Of a stretch of 64,000 bases of DNA, positions 45,001 to 54,713 are shown piece by piece. The notes below the pieces were generated by a model. The model made no database searches, was not told the origin of the DNA, and worked only from the letters and a program-made list of their open reading frames with translations. Each line of letters begins with the position of its first letter. Positions within the stretch are counted from its first letter, which is position 1. A program made the translations under genes and the position numbers. The stretch comes from an uncultured Phycisphaerales bacterium (lineage in GTDB: Bacteria > Planctomycetota > Phycisphaerae > Sedimentisphaerales > Anaerobacaceae), in assembly GCA_963772725.1 (NCBI GenBank), contig CAVYYI010000003.1:544001-608000 (forward strand). Direction: 5' to 3'.

Positions 45001-45791
45001 TTGGCGCTTTCCTCGATAGGGCTAAGAAAATTATTCTCGCACTGGTCAAGCCATTTATTCGACGGGTCATATTTTTCGCAGAGTTTTACAGCGTCTCTAA
45101 GCTGCCCGGCGATATCATCCAGCTTTTTCACAATGAGTTCTTTTTGCTTCTTGCCGACTTCACCTGAAAAAGCATCCATCCCCGCGAGCAAATTCGCCCG
45201 CTGATACCAGTTTCCACGTGAAACCAGCCCATCCAGAAAATTACTCAGACATATAATATTACTAAGCCATCCGCCGTTGGTGCGCAAATCGCGCCTGTAT
45301 AAAAGCCGCTCAAGAGGCTGCTGCAAATTGCTCTGCTGCCAGGCCCATTCGATTGTCTTTTCCAGCGCCTCCGCCTTTAATAACTGCTGCTCATCGGCGT
45401 CTATCATCACAAACCCGGGGTCAAGACCAAGCTCATAAAAATATTCCGTAATCAATTTCCTGCAGAATGAATGTATCGTCCCTATATCAGATGCCGCCAG
45501 GAACAAAAGCTGATGACGCAGATGCGAATCGGCCTTTTTTTGCTGCGATGCGTCTTTGAGTTGTGCAGCGATTCTTGAACGCATCTCTTCAGCGGCAGCC
45601 TCAGTAAAAGTCAGCACTAAAATATTCCGCACGTCAGGACAGATTTTTTTGTCGGAGACAATATCCACGCACCGTCCCGAAAGCACCGCTGTTTTTCCTG
45701 TACCCGCAGACGCGGTGACAAGAATATCCTTGCCGCGTTCCTTAATCGCCCGCGCCTGCTGCTGGGTCCATTTGACTTTTTTCTCAGTCAT
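42044..45791 (-). CDS. addA: helicase-exonuclease AddAB subunit A, frameshift near 43170-43200
   Basis: ASAGTGKT, VDEYQD, VGDIKQSIYAFR, MSVHKSKGLEFP, EEMRILYVAMTRA and QGIIDL...DFK motifs. Confidence 0.95.
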
Positions 45792-48700
45792 TGCCCCCCC
45801 CTGTTTTTTCGATAAACTCGTTTTTGTCCCTGCATGACTCCAAAAAATTATAATCGTTTATCTGCCAGTCGAATCTGCAAACCGCCCGATAATTACAGTA
45901 ACCGCAGGGCGTATCATTGTTAAGCCGATAAGGCCTGACATCGATTTTGCCGCTGACCATTTCTTTAGCCAGCGAGATTATTTTTCTTTCTGCGTATTGC
46001 ATCACACTTTCAAAATCTTCCGGCTTCATCGAGCCGCTTGTATTATAGCGACTATATCGGTCGCCATTAATTGAAATTGAAAAATTATAAAACGTACTGC
46101 TGCCCGAAGTCAGGGTTCTATCCAAAAGCTGAAAATATTCCCCGTTGAAAATACCTTTTGCCTTATACCCGAACTTCTCAGCGATTTCATCTATCTCACT
46201 GGTATCCGCTTTATCAACGCCGATTACTATCGGCAGATAAAACGCACCGATGACCTTATCGATTTTCGATTTACCCCCATCGGTGCAGCCAGCGGCAAGC
46301 ATATAAATCGCCAACTGCATATCAAGCCCGTTATAAAACTCCGACCACCTGAATGTCTTTCCGCTAAGCTTATAATCGAAAACAACGGCGAGTCTCTGCC
46401 CATCCGCCTGCGCAATATCGAGCCTGTCAATCATGCCGCGTAAAGACAAAGTCTGTTTATCGGAAAGCGGAATTTTATATTCGCCCAATCCCTTGCTGGC
46501 ATAACCAAAAGAAATCTCCGAACAGTTCGGCATAAATTCACCCGCGCGAACCATCCTCGCAATCGCTGGTACAAATCTTTCCAGACATTCCTGGGCTGAA
46601 CGAATAATAAATTTGTTATGCTCACTATGCCGGACAAAACCTGCGATGAATGAATCGCTCTGAACAATTTCCGATTTCACCTCTTCGAGAATTTTTAACA
46701 GCTCATCGTCGCTGACCGATGTGAAACTTTTCCCCTGCGATTGCATCTTCTTAAATAAACCATCCAGCACGCTATGATAAAATTTACCGATATCGAGCGG
46801 CTCAAATTTGGATTCTTCTCGCTCCTTCAGTTCGAGAATATGCTCAGCGAAATGCTTGTATGGGCAGGCCGCGAACCCGCTCAATCTTGTTGATGAAGCG
46901 GTTATCTCCCGCCCGAAAAGCCGCTCAATAACGTTTTTATCCAGTGACGGGATGTTATCATACTCTATCGCCGCCTTTACCCTTGTCCCCATATCTGCAA
47001 GTTCCTTATCATTGCAAACATTCTCCAGCAGGGAGTCCAGAACCACCAGTCTTGAGTCTTGGGTCTTGTGTCTGAGGTCTTTCCCAAGTTCGCTGCACAG
47101 TAACTCGGACAATTCGCTGCGGCTGTAAATGTTCGCAATATCATCTTGCTTTGCCGAAAAACTTTCCTCGCTGAGATTTGCAAAAAGCTCCTGAAGATTC
47201 GTTACAAACTGCGAGCGCACTGCGGGCCTGCCTTTATCATCACCGACCGGATAAGTGACAATCAGCTTTTCACACGCACGAGTAAACGCGATATATGCCA
47301 GGTACTGCCTTTCCGCCAGGCTTTGCTCCGTTGTCGCGGCCAGTTGAAATTCTGCCGCATCCGCAGCCTGACGGTCCTGGTCGCTCAATATCCCACGCGA
47401 ACTTATCGGCGAGGGAAACTGCCTCTGCGTTGTTCCTGTCAAAAAGACCGCCTTTAAGTCCGGATGCCTGCTTCGCTCTATCGAACCGACCAGAACCTGG
47501 TCGAGGCGAGGAGGTATAAATGCCAATGTAAGTTGCGAAAACGCCGATGAAAGAATCGAAAGATAATCCTCGCACCTCATCTCCGCGCCGGCAAAAACCT
47601 CAGCCATCTCATCGAATACGGCGATTAACTTGTCGTAAAACTGCTGATGCTCATCGACCGTTTTATAATCCGCCGAACTAACGGCCTGCTCAATCCATTT
47701 GCCGATAGTCTCTTTTGTTTTTAATCTTTCGAGAAATTCAAACACCGCCCGCACAAACTCCGCCGAGTTTATTTTCTCGCCACAGCGATAAATCTGCTCT
47801 TTCAGTATAAACAGCGGCTCAACAATGCTCCTGCGTATGCGATTGACCCGCCCCTGGTCGAAATGAGGCTGCCTGCTGTCATCAAACTGCCAGTCTTCAT
47901 CTTTCTGCCAGTCACTTCCGCTGACCCCGAACGCCGTACAGTAATTTTCCAGCAAATCTACGTCCCCGTTTTGTAATGGCACAAGGTCTGTTTTAAGATA
48001 CGCGAAAATGCCCCCCGCCGCAAAACCACCGCTCACCGTCCGCAGCGATGAGCAGATAAGCTCCACCGCCGGATGCTGATTCAAAGGCTTACGCATATCA
48101 ATGAAAAACGGTATCCCGAATTCTTCGAAATACGCCCTTATATAATGCTGACAGGATTTAATGTCCGATGCAATTACCGCAATGTCCCGATAGCGATACG
48201 CCTTATCCTTAACGAGCTTAAGTACCTCTTTTGCGACAAACTCAGCCTCCGTCCTGCTGTCAGGCAGCGATACAATCCGGATATTTCCGGTTGCCTTGAT
48301 TTTCCGCGGCTGCGGTTTGAAAATTTCACGCTCGATATGGGCCAGTTCGGGGCTGGCGGAAAATCTTACCGCTTTTTTTAGAATTACCGGCTCGGCGATT
48401 TTGACGCGGCATTTTTTGATTATGCCGGTAAGCTCCGCGTAAGTCCGCTGCGTCGGGTAAAACAGGCTTGTCGGGTCAATATCGCCCGCCTCGGGATTTC
48501 GCAAATCGATATTATCAGTATCAAGACAAAGGGCTATCCTGGTTTCCTGGGCAACTTTAACCAGTTCCGCGAGAACGGCCAGTTCGCTGGCGGTAAAACC
48601 GGCGAAGCCGTCCACCCATAATTTTGCTCCTTTGATAAATTCAGCTTTTGCGACGGCCCCGCGCCAAGGTTTAGCCTGCATATCCGCATCGGTAAACCGC

Positions 48701-49212
48701 CCCTCGATAGCGTGTAAGTACTTGGTAAATACAAGGTTTATGTCAGTGAATTTGCCTGCGGCGGCGGTATTTTTTCCGTTTAATTCCTTCAGCAACTCAT
48801 TAATATCTTCCGGCGTTTGGGCGTATTGGTGAAGTTCGGCTATCGTCTCGGCGACCTGCTTACTCATTGCGGGCCTGTCTGCGGATGAGCGTAAAAGAAC
48901 CAGTTTGTCGCGGCTTTCACGGAGGATTCGGTGAATTATCATCTGGCGGCCGATTGAGGAAATGGCCGGCCTGACGAGGTTTTTGCCTGCTAAGAGGAAT
49001 TGCAGCCGGTCGAAGGAAAGGACGTTGAGACGATTGTAACCCTTTATTCTTTCATCACTTAGAATTGCTCGCTCGGCCTGATAGCTGGCCTGCTCAGGCA
49101 CGAGGAGGATTAAGGGCCCAGGGGCAGTGCTGAGCAGTTCCGCCGCTATCGCCTGCGTACAATAGCGGGTTTTGCCCGTGCCGCTTCTGCCTAAAATAAA
49201 CCGAACCGCCAT
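45784..49212 (-). CDS. addB: helicase-exonuclease AddAB subunit B
   Basis: GRSGTGKT, LVPEQ, VDGF, CPYKHF, RGMIDRLD, DYK and CGYCNYRAVC motifs. Confidence 0.96.
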   Translation of the reverse strand: MAVRFILGRSGTGKTRYCTQAIAAELLSTAPGPLILLVPEQASYQAERAILSDERIKGYNRLNVLSFDRLQFLLAGKNLVRPAISSIGRQMIIHRILRESRDKLVLLRSSADRPAMSKQVAETIAELHQYAQTPEDINELLKELNGKNTAAAGKFTDINLVFTKYLHAIEGRFTDADMQAKPWRGAVAKAEFIKGAKLWVDGFAGFTASELAVLAELVKVAQETRIALCLDTDNIDLRNPEAGDIDPTSLFYPTQRTYAELTGIIKKCRVKIAEPVILKKAVRFSASPELAHIEREIFKPQPRKIKATGNIRIVSLPDSRTEAEFVAKEVLKLVKDKAYRYRDIAVIASDIKSCQHYIRAYFEEFGIPFFIDMRKPLNQHPAVELICSSLRTVSGGFAAGGIFAYLKTDLVPLQNGDVDLLENYCTAFGVSGSDWQKDEDWQFDDSRQPHFDQGRVNRIRRSIVEPLFILKEQIYRCGEKINSAEFVRAVFEFLERLKTKETIGKWIEQAVSSADYKTVDEHQQFYDKLIAVFDEMAEVFAGAEMRCEDYLSILSSAFSQLTLAFIPPRLDQVLVGSIERSRHPDLKAVFLTGTTQRQFPSPISSRGILSDQDRQAADAAEFQLAATTEQSLAERQYLAYIAFTRACEKLIVTYPVGDDKGRPAVRSQFVTNLQELFANLSEESFSAKQDDIANIYSRSELSELLCSELGKDLRHKTQDSRLVVLDSLLENVCNDKELADMGTRVKAAIEYDNIPSLDKNVIERLFGREITASSTRLSGFAACPYKHFAEHILELKEREESKFEPLDIGKFYHSVLDGLFKKMQSQGKSFTSVSDDELLKILEEVKSEIVQSDSFIAGFVRHSEHNKFIIRSAQECLERFVPAIARMVRAGEFMPNCSEISFGYASKGLGEYKIPLSDKQTLSLRGMIDRLDIAQADGQRLAVVFDYKLSGKTFRWSEFYNGLDMQLAIYMLAAGCTDGGKSKIDKVIGAFYLPIVIGVDKADTSEIDEIAEKFGYKAKGIFNGEYFQLLDRTLTSGSSTFYNFSISINGDRYSRYNTSGSMKPEDFESVMQYAERKIISLAKEMVSGKIDVRPYRLNNDTPCGYCNYRAVCRFDWQINDYNFLESCRDKNEFIEKTGGGND

Positions 49213-49332
49213 CGCAATTCATCCTTGATTTGAAATAATTTTCCTGTTTTTACCACAGCCGCCGATTATTTGCAATTTGCTTCTTAAATACCTCTAAAAA
49301 TTGCCGAAAGAACAGTTTTTGCAAAAAATTTG

Positions 49333-49500
49333 AAATTTTTTCAAAAAAAACTGTAATTTTTTCGCCACTTGGACGTCTATATATATAGTGAGGCATTAAA
49401 AAGAACGGCGTGAAGTAAAAAACTAAACTATTTTTAAGTTTTTTTAAAATTTTTTTAAAAAAAACGCAACAAATCGCCGACTTGTACGTCTATTAATATA
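49333..49500 (+). promoter_or_regulatory. two tandem ECF-type promoter modules
   Basis: Imperfect direct repeat of about 55 bp: T/A tract, then GTAAT-16-CGTCTA (49353-49379) and GCAAC-16-CGTCTA (49466-49492). Confidence 0.6.
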
Positions 49501-49612
49501 AAGAAAGGTTAGTTAACGATAACTAACCGTGAAAAAACAATCATAGCGAAAATATGATAGTTTTTTACACATTCTTCCTCCTTATGGCCGGTGCGTAACC
49601 GGCCATTTTATT
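49500..49612 (+). ncRNA. candidate small RNA with three hairpins and an exposed anti-Shine-Dalgarno tract
   Basis: Stems at 49507-49528 and 49529-49570; unpaired ATTCTTCCTCCTT at 49571-49583; terminator atggccggt-gcgta-accggccat-TTT at 49584-49609. Confidence 0.55.
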
Positions 49613-49625
49613 TAGCATAATCGCT

Positions 49626-49777
49626 ATAATCGAGACCTCTGAAAAACCCGAGATTGCTTCGTTGCTGCACTCCTCGCAATGACAAAATCTGCGTTTTTAT
49701 GTCATTGCGATGCCTCTTTGAGGCCGCGGCAATCTCTGATTTTTTCAAAGTCATAGTTTTTCAGAGGTCTCGATTAT
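49626..49777. mobile_element. MITE-like element with 22-bp terminal inverted repeats and internal REP-like palindromes
   Basis: ataatcgagacctctgaaaaac (49626-49647) / gtttttcagaggtctcgattat (49756-49777); internal gattgcttcg...ctcgcaatgac / gtcattgcga...gcaatc. Confidence 0.8.
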
Positions 49778-49809
49778 CATTGCCCCCTGTGATAGATAGA
49801 CCCGGCAAG

Positions 49810-51425
49810 TTATTTTAAATCATTTTTTTTCTTATTAATCGGCCAGGGAAGTACGCCGCAACGCTTGGCCCAGGCTTGATATTTCTCAAGCATCTCCTTC
49901 AGGCGTTCCGGCTGCCGTTCAGCAAGGTTATTCAATTCCGTCAAATCATCCTTTAGATTATACAATTCCCACTTATCATTGTACTGTGAAACCAATTTCC
50001 AGCCGCCGTCCAGCACACCGCGATTGCCCATGTGTTCCCAAAATAGCGTTCGAGGCTGCGGTTGAATTGACGTTTGAAAGTGCGGCAATAAACTGATACC
50101 CTCCAAAGAAGCCTGGCTACCTTTTAAGGGCATCGCATCCAATCCGGCCGCATCCAGACAAGTCGGAAAAATATCAATAATGTGGCAAAATTGTTCCCGC
50201 AGTTTATTGTGTTCTTTAATGACGTTAGGCCAACGCACAATAAATGGACTCGCCACACCGCCAAAATGCGCATACCGTTTGTACAAACGGAACGGCGTAT
50301 TACTCATTTTAGCCCAGCCTTTTGCATAGCCGCCTTTGGACTGCTTGGTACCGAAAACAGCGTCTTTGTTTTTCTCAAAACCCATGTTATCATTTTCCTG
50401 AGCGCCGTTATCAGAAAGAAACAACAGCAAAGTGTTCTCTTCAATTCCAAGCCTCTTTAAGGCGAGTGTGATTTTACCGATATTCTGGTCAAGATTATCA
50501 ACCTGTGCAGCATAGACGGCCATTTGGCGGTCTAATTTAGTTTTTTGTTCATCGGTCAATTCGTCCCATTTGAAATCCAGCGGCTCAGACAGCTTGTACT
50601 TTTTATTAATAATACCAAGCGATATCTGTTTTTGATAACGTTTTTGCCTGAGAACTTCCCAGCCTTCTTTATACTTTCCGAGATATTTTTGAATATCTTT
50701 TTCTTTTGCCTGCTGTGGAAAATGTGGTGTTACATAAGGAATGTATATGAAGAATGGAATGTTATCTTTTCGAGCATTTGTAATCTGTTCTATCGCATAA
50801 CCCGTAAAGGCATCTGTGCTGTAAAATGTTTCTTCGTCGGGTTTAGTAACAACCGGTCCCTTGTTATCATCTTTATTAAACAAAACAATGGTCCGCTCAT
50901 AGTGTGGAGGCCAGAAGTAAACTCCGCCGCCCTCAGGAATTCCGTAGAATCGTTCAAAACCGCGTTCCCAGGGTTTCTGTCCTTTGCCAGTCCCGAGATG
51001 CCACTTGCCTGACATGATGGTTCGATAGCCGGCTCGCTGCATCATTTGCGGCAGGGTGACGAATTCATCTTTCATGTCCCCCTGATAAGAGGGATAGCCC
51101 ATGTCGCTGACCATGCATCCCACCCCTGCCAGATGCGGGTACAGGCCCGTCATCAGCGTCGCGCGGGAAGGGAACGGCGTGCGGTATTAAAAAAGCGTGT
51201 AAACCGCAAACCTTCCTGAGCTAATTGGTCCAGGTTGGGAGTTTCTATCTCACCGCCGAAACAGCCTACATCTGAATAGCCCATATCATCCAGCATAATG
51301 ATGATAATATTCGGTTTATTAAATGATTTTGCTGCCGAAGAAGTTAATATTGATTTAGTAAAAGCAAGCGATGAATACGCAGCGGTAAACCCTAATGCGC
51401 TCTTCAAAAATGTGCGCCTATTCAA
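49810..51425 (-). CDS. arylsulfatase (S1) with Tat-like signal; frameshift at the active-site motif near 51170
   Basis: SD AAGGAG and TTG start, NRRTFLK, KPNIIIIMLDDMGYSD, GKWHLG, PHFP, SDNG and ELYNL motifs. Confidence 0.92.
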
Positions 51426-51470
51426 TTCGGTACTCCTTTCGGCCAATAATTGGAAATTGATACCATAAAC

Positions 51471-51499
51471 AGTTTATAGGAAGGATTATAAGTTGTCAA
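51471..51499 (-). promoter_or_regulatory. sigma70 promoter TTGACA-17-TAAACT inside an IS630-derived fragment
   Basis: 51465-51511 matches 62425-62475 (5' end of the IS630 transposase); the promoter points at the sulfatase. Confidence 0.65.
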
Positions 51500-51642
51500 A
51501 AAAATAGCTGATGTCGCCAGATTTGAGTTTTAAAAAACAGTTAAGTTCAGGAAGAGGAAATTTCATGGTTTGATTTTGAGATTGGCATTTGAGATTGGCT
51601 TTTGATTTGCGTAGCCATCGTAAAAAAGTTAGAATCTGGCGA

Positions 51643-52700
51643 ATGATAAAGAGAAAAAAAACCAGTACGGTTCGAGTCGGCTCGGTTAAAATCGGCTCGG
51701 ATTACCCGGTAGTCATTCAGTCGATGACCAAGGTCAGCACTACCGATATAGACCGATGCGTAAGGCAGGTTGAAGAGCTTGCGCAGGCGGGCTGTCAGTT
51801 GGTGCGGATAGCTGTTCCGACGCGGGAGGATACGGCGGCGTTCGCCAAGATTGTGCGGAAGGTAACCATCCCGCTGGTTGCGGATATTCATTTCAGTCCT
51901 GACCGGGCGATTGAGGCCATTGAGGCGGGGGCGGCCAAGATAAGACTTAACCCGGGAAATATAAAAAACCGCGGTGATATTTTGCGAATAATAGACGCAG
52001 CCAAGGCGCACAAAACGGCGATTCGTATCGGGGTCAACGAGGCGAGCATAAGAAACCTCAAGGCCGGCGACACAAAACTCGATAAACGCGTTGAACTGAT
52101 GCTCAAAGAGATGAAAAAATACGTCCGGCTGTTTGAGTCCCGCGGTTTTACACAGATGGTATTAAGCGCAAGAGCAGCGACGTTGTCCGCACAATTGAGA
52201 TAAACCGGCTAATCTCAAAAACGTTCGATTACCCGGTTCACCTGGGGCTGACGCACGCGGGGCTGCCTGAAGACGCGGAGATTCCATCGGCGGCGGCGAT
52301 TGGGACTTTGCTGGCCGAGGGCATCGGCGACACAATCAGGGTCAGTGCCGCTGGAGAGCCGGTGATTGAGACGGAGATAGCCAAAGAGATTTTGATATCG
52401 CTGGGGCTTTATGAACGTTCCAGACCGGAACTGATAGTTTGTCCCACCTGCGGCAGGACGGAAATCGACATAATCAAACTTGCCAGGGAGGTTAAAAAAG
52501 CGTTGCGAGATTTTAATAAGCCGCTGCGGATAGCTGTTATGGGCTGCATAGTCAACGGGCCGGGCGAGGCGGCGGACGCGGATTTGGCGGTGTGCGCGGC
52601 AAAGAATAAGGCTTTTATATACCTTAAAGGCCGTAAAATCGGCGTTGTATCCAAAAAAGAAATAATACCGGTGATGCTCAAGGAATTGAGAAATCTGTAA
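51643..52700 (+). CDS. ispG: 4-hydroxy-3-methylbut-2-en-1-yl diphosphate synthase, frameshift near 52170
   Basis: IQSMT, PLVADIHF, RLNPGNI, RIGVN, GIGDTIRVS, CPTCGR and MGCIVNGPGEA motifs. Confidence 0.96.
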
Positions 52701-52749
52701 CTCCCCGAATATTTCGACAAGCCCAATACAGGTAAATCGGCGGGCTAAT

Positions 52750-53591
52750 TAGTCGTCCCTGAAAAAGTAGATTTCAGTTTCAGGCGGCATATGTAAGCTG
52801 GGCAAATTCTGCCGACAGCCCCAAATTTTGAATAAACCGGCAAAGCCAAAAAATAATTTTCCGCAGCAACTTGCGGATATTAAACCCGCAAGCGCTCAAT
52901 ATCGCATTAACCTTATCGCCTTCGACGCCCTTGAGGTAGTTTCTGTCCAGACCGTTATCAGATTTACAATGTCCTATCACAGGCTCAATCATACTTCGCC
53001 TGCTGTACCACTTTCGGATACTTCTCGGCAGCTTTCGCCAACCCCTTTTGACGATATGAACCTCCGCAATATCTCCACAGCCATGACCTTTGTACCCATC
53101 ATCAACATAAACATCTTCAAAACCTTTTTTATCCAGCAGTTTCATCGTCTGGGAGAGTGTATCTTTTAACGTATGTCCATCATATGGATTCCCTTCAAAA
53201 GCAACCGCTGCGACTACAAAGGCGTTTTGAGCGGGAGACGCCAGTGCCACCTTACAGCCAAACTCATACTTCTTGTGTGCCTTGCCCTTGCTTATGCAGT
53301 TAACCTCCGGCGCGTGAATACTGTATAGCTTGTTACTGCTGTCCCGTTTCTGTGATAATAACCTCCTGGACATATCGAGCAATTCTGAAAACTCCTGCTG
53401 CAATTGAGGCTTCTGCAATATCTTACGCTCTATATCCCTTGTAACTCTTCCCAGACAGGTCTTTAGTTTCCTTAATTGCTTATCCGCTTTTTTGAACTGC
53501 CTGGCGTGTGAAAATCTGTGCTGCATAACAAAAGCCCTTTTGGCTACCCTCTGATAACTCTGCCGAAGTTCTATGTCATTATCCTGTGCCT
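52750..53591 (-). mobile_element. 5'-truncated second copy of the IS5 element
   Basis: Right IR at 52750-52766; near-identical to 1850-2590; homology ends abruptly at 53591. Confidence 0.92.
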
Positions 53592-53878
53592 AATAATGCG
53601 GCGTGAGCGAGGCAACTGGGAACCTGATGCAGAGTTGATTAATAATCTGATTCCCAATTTGTCGAAAATTTGCCGAAAAGTTTCTGTACAACCATTCACG
53701 CTTCATGATTTGCGTCGAACATGTATAACCAATTGGGCCAAAAGCTTACCCATCCAAACTGTCCAGCAATTAGCAGGTCACTCGAATATTGTAACCGTCC
53801 GACCAAGTACATATTGTAAATGCTGATGAGGTAGGGATAATCGTTTTTGGTTTTGAGGTTTATTTAAGGAACAAAATC

Positions 53879-54232
53879 ATGAGCGATAATGGTAAAGTCA
53901 CAAAAGCGGACCAGACCGAGTTCTGGAAAATGGTTTTGGAAACATACAAATCAAGCAATCTGTCAATTCATCAATTTTGCAAACAGGAAGGTCTTCACGA
54001 ATGGGCATTTTACTCTTGGCGTAGAAAGCTGGCAGGTCAGCAGCCTCAAAAATTCGTTACTCCAACAACACCAGATAATCCGGCATTTATCGAAGTTCCC
54101 GTCATACGCCCAAAGCCGCAGCCATTGGAACTTATACTAAGAAGCGGTCATATACTGAAAATACCCTCTGACATTGACCAGGGCACAATCAATAAGGTTT
54201 TCTCTGCATTAAAGGAAACACAGTTGTGCTGA
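53879..54232 (+). CDS. tnpA: IS66 accessory protein TnpA
   Basis: SNLSIHQFCKQEGL...FYSWRRKL HTH; position in the element. Confidence 0.88.
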   Translation: MSDNGKVTKADQTEFWKMVLETYKSSNLSIHQFCKQEGLHEWAFYSWRRKLAGQQPQKFVTPTTPDNPAFIEVPVIRPKPQPLELILRSGHILKIPSDIDQGTINKVFSALKETQLC

Positions 54233-54585
54233 CTTTACCCTGTTCGGTACGTATTTTTGTCTCTGTTGATCCAACTGATATGCGTTGCAGTTTCGACCGT
54301 CTGGCCGCGATGACACAAACTATTTTAGGGCAGGACCCTTTAAGCGGTCATCTGTTTGTATTTTTCAATCGTTACCGCGACAGATGCAAGATACTATTCT
54401 GGGACAGGACGGGGTTTTGTCTATGGTACAAAAGGCTGGAAGAGGGTGTATTTCGATTGCCGCATCATTCTTCAGTAAAATGTCTTGAGATGGATTTGGC
54501 AAGGCTGACGCTGGTTCTCGAGGGCATAGACCTTTGTTCGGCACATCAGCGAAAAAGATTTTCAATTGGAAACGGCATATTTTGA
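54226..54585 (+). CDS. tnpB: IS66 accessory protein TnpB
   Basis: DMRCSFDRL, HLFVFFNR and KILFWD...YKRLEEG motifs. Confidence 0.95.
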   Translation: MLTLPCSVRIFVSVDPTDMRCSFDRLAAMTQTILGQDPLSGHLFVFFNRYRDRCKILFWDRTGFCLWYKRLEEGVFRLPHHSSVKCLEMDLARLTLVLEGIDLCSAHQRKRFSIGNGIF

Positions 54586-54713
54586 TAATCTCAAAAAAAA
54601 TATTTCACTTTTTTTTGAATATTATCATTATTTCTCTTGACATTATCCGATTATATGATATATAGGAGTCATCGTTACGGATAATGATGTAGAAAAAAGC
54701 TTTAACGGAATAA

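Noticed and set aside
11385..48832. Many long antisense or alternate-frame ORFs over nuo, NPP, etf and addAB
   Set aside because: Shadow ORFs of recognised genes, or frameshift pieces already merged into features.
49529..49546. Mini-ORF GTG-AAA-AAA-CAA-TCA-TAG inside the candidate sRNA
   Set aside because: Only five codons, buried in a hairpin and far from the purine-rich tract, so a leader peptide is unlikely.
53518..53826. 102-aa ORF as an intact small recombinase
   Set aside because: It is a chimera of antisense IS5 sequence, the integrase tail and the IS66 left end.
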